Shown here piece by piece: positions 43,818 to 51,909 of a stretch of 51,909 nucleotides of DNA. The stretch spans positions 1-51,909 of the forward strand of contig JALAGF010006527.1 of NCBI GenBank assembly GCA_030167865.1, read 5' to 3'. Within the stretch, counting starts at the first letter, position 1. Each line of letters starts with the position of its first letter. The translations under genes were made by a program, and so were the position numbers. Below the pieces are notes generated by a model, which had not been told where the DNA came from, searched no databases, and worked only from the letters and a program-made list of their open reading frames with translations. This DNA is from Craspedostauros australis (taxonomy: Eukaryota).

Positions 43818-45715
43818 TCATGACGCTGCTCGGCAGGCAAACCGTGGTATGCGACACGCATGGATATGCACACGGAAGACTACTCATACTCAAACCTTCT
43901 ATTTCATGGCGACAACAAGGCCAATCAATCGCACAACGCAGATCTCCTTCGATTAAATCGGAAGGCAGGCGAAGCAACACAGAAAGTACACAAAGACAGC
44001 ACCAACAGCAACGATAAAGACGAAGACAAGAGGACCGACAACAAACACAACAAAGCCAGCAGCAATCACGGCAAGTGGTGACACCAAAGGTTATGAAAAC
44101 TTGGAAATGGCCGCCGAACCACAACGAACGCGGAAGCAAATCAGGTCACAAACTCGGACAAGGATTCTCCCAAGAAGAACGAAGACGCCCGCCCCTACGA
44201 TCTAATGATACTAATACTGCACTCTGGCCGTGAGAAAGTTAGCAATACTACACTCTTGAGAGCATGCACAACAACGTTAAACTCCTATTATAAGAAGTAG
44301 AATACTATATTTCTTTACTCTCCTTTCTGGTCTATTCTACTCGACCGTCCCATCCCATCACTTCGTCCGGAACTAATCCGTTGTCTCTGCATGCTTCTGT
44401 ACAGCTTTCGCAATGGCATCAATGATGCGTGGTGTACGATGCACGAACACGATTGTTGACGGCAAAACAGAACACCAATCTTCCCTCCACTGCAACGAAG
44501 AGACTCGCGCAGCGTTCGTGTTGTTGGTTGATAGAATTCTCATCATGACGTCACAAAGCAGATTCGGAATTGCAGAAGGAACGTTAACCGTTAAATTGCA
44601 GTCAGAAAGTTGACGCCAAGACGACATCAGAGAAGATACCAATCGACACTCGGAGATTGCTGCAACACGGCAGCACGTTTCAATACAGGGTCGTTCAACG
44701 AAGACGGAAGTCAGCGAAGAAGACGCTGAAGTGCAAAGAGCCTGTCACGTTGGGGGGAGGCGAGATGCAACAGAACATTTCTGATGATCGCTTCCTCCTT
44801 TCCTCGCGTGTTCCTTCTTCCCATAAAATTCACCATCAAAACCCAGGCTTTGCCGAAACACAGACATCACCGCCTCGGACAACACCCAACAATGCCCATC
44901 ATCGCAACACCCTCACCACGTACAATCAACATGGCTGCTTCATCCGACGAAGACGATGTCTCCTGCTCCTCCGGCTTGACGAAGGGATCCAACACCAGCA
45001 ATGATGTGAGTTGCGCGCTCAAGAAGAATCGCGTTTGGAGAAACTGTTCTTTGTCGCAGGTTGATGCCATGCGATGCAATGCAAGCAAGGATGGGCAAAG
45101 ATTCTTTGCTTGTCTGCTTGCGGAGACGGGCCGCGGGCAGCACTGCGTAACAGAACGGAGCAGAGGATGATGATGGTGATAGATGCTGCGCCCAGGATGG
45201 ATCCATTGAGGAAAGGTTGTGCATCCACACACCAGGATCCACGACGGTCATTGATGATTGTTCGTTGCGAAACAAGAACTTCGAGGCGAGTCCAGTGACC
45301 TCCACTGCCGCCGTTCTCATCCCCATCGTCATCATTGCATTCATTACGACGAGACCGTCGCTCACACGCCTCCCTCTTCCTCCCTTTCGTCAATCGTCAT
45401 CGTCATTGTTACCACCACCATCAACAAACACAACGGCAACAACAAAATGCTGATGCCTTCTGCCTCATCGTCTGTTCCTTGAATGTTCTCTGTTCGTTTG
45501 CAATTCCTATCGTGGCTTTGTTTGTTCTTTTCGCGATTCTCATTGTTCTCGTCCACCACGTCGCACTTTTGTCAACACAAACAACATCATCTTGCACTAC
45601 GTCGCACTCAACCCATCAAACAATACATTGCGCTACAATGCCATATCACAATGTGCCAAACGTTTACATACCGCATCCTCTCTGTCAGCCATTCAACACT
45701 GCTCTGGAAAAGGTC

Positions 45716-46681
45716 ATGGTGTCCATGGACAAACGACACGAACGAACAAGCAATAGCAGCATCGAAGACGACGAGGATCATGATGGCGACGAGAATGGAG
45801 TTGCCGTGATCGACGTACATCAGGAAGACGACGATGCAACTACGACCAAGAGCAAGCTCTCCGAAGAGCTCGCCAAGGCCACCGGCGGTGAACGCAGCAT
45901 CGCATCTCGCCTGTACGACCAGGTGGCGTCTCGCTTGAACAAGACCAGCTTCATCCCCCAGATCCCCACCCTGGACATCTTCCGCTCCGGCCCCATCACC
46001 GCGGAACGATTGAAGAAGGCCCAGAAGGACCAGCTCTGTGTCCTCCACTATCTCTACGCCTTCCGCCGCGTCGAGACGAAGGAGATCGCCTCCTTCCTCA
46101 ACAACCCCAAGATCCACAAGGATGACGCGATGCAATCCATCGGAACGGTGTTCAAGCTCGACACTTTGACGCAAGTCGCCTTCCAGGCCTGGACCGGCCT
46201 CTTCTTCAATCTCAGCTGGTCTGGACGCCGCGACGTGCTCTCCGTCTTCCTCACGGAAATTTCCGACTCCAAGACCTACTGGGGTGTCAAGGAGGAGCGC
46301 AGCGAGTTGGGAGGCGCCATCTTCGATCCAATCTTCGTCAAGGCCAAGAACCAGCACTACACCGACCGTAAGCTGGAGCTGCAGAACACTGTCGAATCCA
46401 TGCGCTCCTCCCACGCCGCTCAAGGCGATGCGGAAGAAGTGGAGCTCAAGGCCGAAGAGGAAGAGCTCAAGGCCATGAAGAAGGACCTCCAGGAGGAGGT
46501 CTACCAACTGCGGGCCAAGAAGAGGAGCCTCAAGGTCATCCAGGCCGAGCTCAAGCGCAAGCGCAGCCGTGCCGAAGAGGCCAAGATCTCCCGTGTTACC
46601 ATGCAGCAGCAGGCGCAGCAGGAGTTCGACGACGTCGTCAAGGAGGAGCAGACGAACAAGAAGAAGCGCCGCCTTGAGTAA
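45716..46681 (+). CDS. Hypothetical protein with C-terminal coiled coil and basic NLS-like end; 5' exons uncertain (possibly from 44931)
   Basis: Strong GC3 coding bias over most of the ORF; ELKAEEEELKAMKKDLQEE coiled coil; terminal KKKRRLE. Confidence 0.7.
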   Translation: MVSMDKRHERTSNSSIEDDEDHDGDENGVAVIDVHQEDDDATTTKSKLSEELAKATGGERSIASRLYDQVASRLNKTSFIPQIPTLDIFRSGPITAERLKKAQKDQLCVLHYLYAFRRVETKEIASFLNNPKIHKDDAMQSIGTVFKLDTLTQVAFQAWTGLFFNLSWSGRRDVLSVFLTEISDSKTYWGVKEERSELGGAIFDPIFVKAKNQHYTDRKLELQNTVESMRSSHAAQGDAEEVELKAEEEELKAMKKDLQEEVYQLRAKKRSLKVIQAELKRKRSRAEEAKISRVTMQQQAQQEFDDVVKEEQTNKKKRRLE

Positions 46682-47259
46682 GTGAGTTGTTGTGGGACGG
46701 ATCCAATCCGTTTGTTCGTCCGCCATCCCGGCGGCTCGACTGCTGCTCTGTCCATTCACCACATTTGCCGCGATATTTCTTATGCCCATGCGTGAACGTG
46801 TCGTTGCATGCTTCTGGCACGTGGTATCTGGTGGCGGGAGAAGCAGGTGCAAACGGAGGGTGCCGTCGTGCACAGCAATATTGCAGCATACATAGAGGTG
46901 TGGATAGCGGCAGGCTGAAGGCCTGTCCATGACGGTGGTCGACGACGCACCCACCATCCGTGGATGGGTGCTGTTGTTGGTCAGCCTGCCAAGAATTGGC
47001 AAATCAATACATACACAATACATTCTGGGAAACGAGGAACGAATCAATGAATAGCATGGCACTTTTGTAGGTCGTCTGCTATAGAATAATAATGCTCTAC
47101 TCTAATGAAAATGCAAGTAGGAAACATGGCTGGGTGTTTGACGCGGCCTGCCTGTCCATCACCCTGCCACATCGGTGTTGGTGCAAGTGACGTGTTATTC
47201 TGATGTGGCATACAGGAGCATGTGTTTCACTGTCCATTGGCAAAAGCCTTTGCGCAAAG

Positions 47260-48069
47260 TCAGATTAGTTGGACTTGTCGATTGCGAGTGTGCTGGATCT
47301 GGTGTTGTTGTTGATGCTGTTGTTGCTGTTGCTGTTGCTGTTGTTGCTGTTGCTGTTGTTGCTGTTGATGCTGCTGCTGCTGTTGTTGATACGGTTGAGG
47401 ATTGTGTTGCAGATATGGGGGCTGCGGCTGCAGCTGTTGATGGATCTGCGTCTGCATCCGCGTCTGCGGCTGCATCTGTGGTTGTAGCTGGGGTTGTATC
47501 ATCATTTGTGGCTGCGCCTGCGATTGCATCTGATGCTGCGGCACTCCTGGTTGCACAGACATTGGAGCAGCCACACCTTGCGCATGCAACGGCTCCGCGT
47601 TGGCAATGACGTCCGACACAAGCTCGGCATGCGCCACCTCGATAGGATGATGCGGCCTGCGCATGTCCTCGCCACTGCCGCGATGCGGCACGTCCCCATT
47701 TTGCAGCGCCGATCTGCGCTCGAGGCTGAGGTATGATTCCGATGCGCGGTTCCATCGCATCCACAAAGTCTCATTGCGCTCGTTGAAGTCGCGGATGAAC
47801 TTGCCCAGCAGCCGCTTGCGGCGCCGCGTTTGGTTGGAGTGGCGCACGCCCCACAAGGCCAGCGGCAGCAGCAGCGGGCCCGCCATGAGGAGGACGCCGT
47901 CCGCGCGGCCGCTGCGGGCTGGTTTCAACGCATCGTTGAGCTGTTCGATGATGTCCGTGTACTCTGTCGCATTGAGGATGCCGTGCAGCGGGACATCGAA
48001 CGGATCTGGTTCGAACTTGAAATCGAAACCGCCTTGGATGGCGCGTTGCGGCACGACGATGCGTGCCAT
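47260..48069 (-). CDS. ERF4/GOLGA7-family-like protein with C-terminal polyQ
   Basis: RIVVPQR...F..DP....LHGIL...EY..IIEQLND, a short hydrophobic stretch, then L.KFI.DFNE...L.MRW; QP/polyQ tail. Confidence 0.7.
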   Translation of the reverse strand: MARIVVPQRAIQGGFDFKFEPDPFDVPLHGILNATEYTDIIEQLNDALKPARSGRADGVLLMAGPLLLPLALWGVRHSNQTRRRKRLLGKFIRDFNERNETLWMRWNRASESYLSLERRSALQNGDVPHRGSGEDMRRPHHPIEVAHAELVSDVIANAEPLHAQGVAAPMSVQPGVPQHQMQSQAQPQMMIQPQLQPQMQPQTRMQTQIHQQLQPQPPYLQHNPQPYQQQQQQHQQQQQQQQQQQQQQQQQHQQQHQIQHTRNRQVQLI

Positions 48070-48626
48070 TGGATTCAATTGAATTGGACTGAATTGAACT
48101 GAAGATATGTGATGTGATGGAATGAGATGAGATGAGACAAAATAGGATTCGTCCGAACATGCATCTAATGGTGTTGCATTGTGCTGTGTCGTTTGAGACG
48201 CCGCAAGGGCGGAAGATGGTGTTGTCTCCCTTCGCTGTTGTTGTTGTTGTTGTGTCAAGTTCCTTGCGTTGCGCCATTTTTGTTCACACGTCTCGCATGT
48301 TTAGTCACGTACATCATCCACACTCATGACTGCATCCAGATTCTATCGTGTTGGTGTTGCTGTCACCGCGCCACAAGAGACAGGAACAACTCAAGACACA
48401 CAATCAAATGCAACAGCGGCCCTTTGCTTCTGGCGAAACGGCGAGGTGTTACGATGGATCTTGGTGCTATTACACTTTTATTTCTGTGTCCTTTTCACAT
48501 CCCGAACATGTCTCGGCGGATGCATTGTGATTGGCAGGCCTGAGGCGCGATCGTGACACTGCGATGCTCTTGCCACATGGATGGTCCGAACTTCCGCGCG
48601 AAGACAAGGGGGAAGATTAGCATTTA

Positions 48627-49991
48627 CTATGAGCATGCGTTGTTGCCAATGCATTCTCCCGCATCGACGTTCAAGGAGTTGAAGGAACACGCGAATTGGC
48701 CGACGCAGGCTTCGTCTGCGATGCTTCCTGAGTTGCCAAGGCAAGCACTGTTGCCAATACAAGAGTCGTCTGCAATGGTTCCCCTATTGATGAGGCACGC
48801 CTGGATGCCAATGCAAGATGCGCTGCCAACATCGGCCTTGTTGGAAGAACACGCGTCACTCTCGATGCACGAACCCTCGCCAATGGCATTGGCATTCACA
48901 ATGCAAGCCTGATCGCCAGAGCAAGCGGAATCGTCGACCGCTCCTTTATTGCTCAGGCATGAGCGGACTCCGACGCATGAGTTCGCTCCCACAGTCCCTT
49001 CGTTCACTGTGCATGAATAATCACCAGAGCACGATCCTTCTCCAATGCTCGCGGAGTTTTCGGTGCATGATAAGTAGCCGTAGCACGCGCTGCTGGACAC
49101 ATTGCCAGTGTTACGATAGCACGCCAAGTAACCATTGCAGGATACTTCACCGATCTCACCAGTATTGAAAAAGCAAGCAGCCTCGCCGTTGCAAGACGAT
49201 GTGGGAACTGCCACTTCGATGCCGTGACATGCGATCTCGCCGTTGCAAGAGTAGGAAGCGATCTCGATGGTCGTTGCTGAGCTAGAGTCGAAGTAGCAGG
49301 CACCATCGCCGTTGCAAGAGTTTGGACACACCGTGACATTGGCGTCGTCGCTCCAACTGCAGGCAGGATTCTGGTCGTCTGCTGGTGCCTCGCAGCAGGT
49401 CGCGTTGGCAGCGGCGCAGCTGGCGATGACTTCGTCTGAGGTGCCAGTGAAGCATGGGTCAACTTCGTCCACGTCATCAGGTCGAGGTGGCTTCGATTCC
49501 TTGGATGCCTTGAGCTGGCGTCCATCAGATCCGCTTGTCTTGACAGTCTTCTGGCGGAGAGACACAAACAGCGACTCTCTTGCGGCACTTGCGGTGGCGT
49601 CCCCAGAGTCGTGTTTCGGACCAGCCGCGCCTGCGCTTCCTCTCAGGCGTCCTTGATCGACGTAGTGGTTGGTGTTGGGGGAGGAGACGGAACGTGGGCG
49701 TCGGTTGGTGTTTGGTGTGGTGTTTCGTGTCTCAGAAGCGATGTGATTGCTTTCGCTCCATGGTTTGCGGGCCAAGAACAAGTCAAGCTTATCCAGGGCT
49801 TGCTTTTGTGTATCCACAGCATGGTTTTTGCTCGTGGATGTGTGCTGCATCTTCTGGATGCGAGCGTTGCGGATGTCGGCGATGATATCCACGTTGGATG
49901 CAGTGTCCGCCTCGGATGATGCAGTAACATTGCCAAGGATGAGGCTCTGCGTGATAGCGAGAGCGAGGGTTTCTTTCTTCATGAATGGCAT
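48627..49991 (-). CDS. Secreted Cys-rich repeat protein (18-aa xCxGxxAC repeats), 454 aa
   Basis: N-terminal hydrophobic signal, basic pro-region with RLRG and RQL, then ~12 repeats such as IGEGSCSGDYSCTVNEGT. Confidence 0.82.
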   Translation of the reverse strand: MPFMKKETLALAITQSLILGNVTASSEADTASNVDIIADIRNARIQKMQHTSTSKNHAVDTQKQALDKLDLFLARKPWSESNHIASETRNTTPNTNRRPRSVSSPNTNHYVDQGRLRGSAGAAGPKHDSGDATASAARESLFVSLRQKTVKTSGSDGRQLKASKESKPPRPDDVDEVDPCFTGTSDEVIASCAAANATCCEAPADDQNPACSWSDDANVTVCPNSCNGDGACYFDSSSATTIEIASYSCNGEIACHGIEVAVPTSSCNGEAACFFNTGEIGEVSCNGYLACYRNTGNVSSSACYGYLSCTENSASIGEGSCSGDYSCTVNEGTVGANSCVGVRSCLSNKGAVDDSACSGDQACIVNANAIGEGSCIESDACSSNKADVGSASCIGIQACLINRGTIADDSCIGNSACLGNSGSIADEACVGQFACSFNSLNVDAGECIGNNACS

Positions 49992-51363
49992 GTTTGAATG
50001 GTTGTTGGAGTTGGATGAATCGATGTGTGTGGGTGGTAGTTTTGGTCTTACGTATTGTGTGCTTGTGCCTTAGTGTTGGTGTTGGTGTGAATAGAATAGT
50101 TGTTTGGAGATTGTGTCGAGTTGTATTTTATGAGACGGAAATTGGTCGTGGAGGTTTGATGTATCTCTGGTTGTTGATTTGCTTTTGAATGTCGACTGCT
50201 ACCACGTACGACTGCGAGCTATGTCAAGTATGCTTCCCCTTGCAGAGGACACTGTGCCAGACGAGTCACCTCTCTCTCTCTCTGGAGAGAGAATAGGTCA
50301 CCGGTTTCCATACTGGCACATTGAACAAACTTGTATCGATGTCAATCCCAGTGTGAGTGTATCATGCTCGAATACCATACGATCTCCACAGGTATGTTTT
50401 TGGGCGCGAAAATCAATGCTCGGGAGATTTCATACCGGCCACCTTCTCGTGGTTTTCTCTGCGGTGTTCCCGAAAATCTATTCGGCGGCAAGCTGCCGTT
50501 GTGGCAAGTTCCCTGCATCTTTCTCACTTGTTGCGTATCATTACTATGTATCTTGTCCTTGATGCCCTGGCTGAACTGCGTGCTTCACTTCGGGGCATTA
50601 GATTGTCGTTGACTCCTCTTTTCTCTATCACTATATTCGTTGATTAGTTTGATTTGATTCCCATCACTTGTGTTCACGCATTCCCTATTCCGAGCGTTGC
50701 GGATCGTATTGTTTCTGCATTCATGAATGGATTCGGGACCTTCTGCGCCAAAAGTGTCACCACTCGTCTCAGTGTGGACATCAACAACAATCGTTCGGGT
50801 GCCCTTTCATGCTGGTGCATCGGCGAGGTTTACATTCATCCCAGCGCTAGTTTGCTCTCCGTATCTTATGTCTAATATCCATAAAGAAATTCGTCCACGA
50901 TAAAAGTCCAAAATTGTCTCAGGAGACCAAGCGGATTCGAGGGGTGCCAAAATCGGTCTCCTCAGACCAAAATCAAGCAACGCGACGTTTTATCGCGATG
51001 GCATTTTCTTCGACCACCTCGACTAAAACTATTTGTTCGCGCTCACTTTTNNNNNNNNNNNNNNNNNNNNNNNNNNNNNNNNNNNNNNTCCTGGCATGCC
51101 CTCCTGTTTACTATGGCTCAATGCTTCTCCTGGATGCATTGAGCCACTTGCATCTCATCACAGTTCTTCGTATACATATGTTCATTGCATGCTTATCCAT
51201 GTCCTCCACGCTCTTCACAGGACATGATCGTTCCGCAGCGTTCTTCCTCTTGCATCACAATGANNNNNNNNNNNNNNNNNNNNNNNNNNNNNNNNNNNNN
51301 NNNNNNNNNNNNNNNNNNNNNNNNNNNNNNNNNNNNNNNNNNNNNNNNNNNNNNNNNNNNNNN

Positions 51364-51909
51364 CCATGGCTGTACTTTCCTTGTTGAGCTGCTGCGCGCG
51401 TTCGCGGTCGTTGTGGAGTTGTCTCCGAGCGCGTCCGCCGTCTCTGTAGTGCTGGCGAAGTCTCAGCAGGAGTCTGGGGTGAGGGTTTCGCTCGTTTCCT
51501 TCCTTGGCTCGATTGGATATCTTTGCTTGTTTGCACTGCTGATGGAGTCTTTCGCTTCCCTCCTTTCCTGTTCGGTTGCTTCGCACTCCACTCAGTGTAA
51601 TCCGCCTTGGTCTTCCTTGTCCATGATCTGTTGCTTCCGTGGAGCATTCGGAAACATGTGTTGCTTGCAATGATTCGTTCGTTTGCCTTCTTTCGTAGAT
51701 TTGACATTGAGATGCTGGTATGCACTCCATTTGCATCTCCCCATCTCTTGTGATTTGCAGTGGGAGGCACGCAGGCAAAAAAGTGACACTGCATGCACAT
51801 CCATTTCGTTACAACCCCACATACGACGCAGGGTTTCTTCACGTTTTCACAAAAGATGGGCTCATGGCTGCCCGTGCGGAGACGTCGTTCGAGCGCAGCC
51901 ATGGCGGGT
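51364..51909 (-). mobile_element. C-terminal fragment of a piggyBac-like DNA transposase (Cys-rich domain); continues past the right edge
   Basis: H.P....KKPCVVC...TKWMCMQC...C...CF..LH pattern resembles the piggyBac C-terminal cysteine-rich domain; flanked by N gaps. Confidence 0.55.

Noticed and set aside
41435..47764. Long alternative-frame or antisense ORFs (41435-42682, 45608-47062, 47195-47764)
   Set aside because: By-products of low-complexity or GC3-rich coding sequence in the real frame.
48627..49330. Antifreeze-protein call for the Cys-repeat protein
   Set aside because: Lacks the regular TxT ice-binding array and 12-aa period of beetle antifreeze proteins; only general solenoid similarity.

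Overview
Eukaryotic nuclear DNA, most likely from a (pennate) diatom. The evidence is spliceosomal GT-AG introns, an ASAF-type bipartite plastid presequence on DapB, a CoDi-like Ty1/copia element and diatom-type hypothetical families; the assembly is draft quality with N gaps. 1-4996 (minus strand) is the 5' part of a Ty1/copia LTR retrotransposon: 133-bp LTR, PBS, gag, and a stop-free pol frame (PR-IN-RT) missed by the ORF track. Pol is reachable from gag by a G_GAU_UUU + stem-loop -1 frameshift and carries a PDZ-like segment between integrase and RT. 5491-10754 is a tandem triplication of an FCP1/SCP (NIF) HAD phosphatase gene with mosaic copies, only one of which has an N-terminal presequence-like extension. 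The rest is gene-dense: an HD-superfamily hydrolase-like protein, DBP7/DDX31 helicase, eIF2D, diatom-type hypotheticals, a type-II membrane PKDCC/VLK-like kinase, plastid DapB, a 1059-aa Crinkler/RHS-like P-loop NTPase with a possible REase domain, an SH3BGR-domain tail-anchored acidic protein with a LIR/AIM-like motif, an ERF4/GOLGA7-like polyQ protein, a secreted 18-aa Cys-repeat protein, and a piggyBac-like transposase C-terminus at the right edge. No rRNA, tRNA or CRISPR array was seen. All family calls come from manual motif reading, not database searches.
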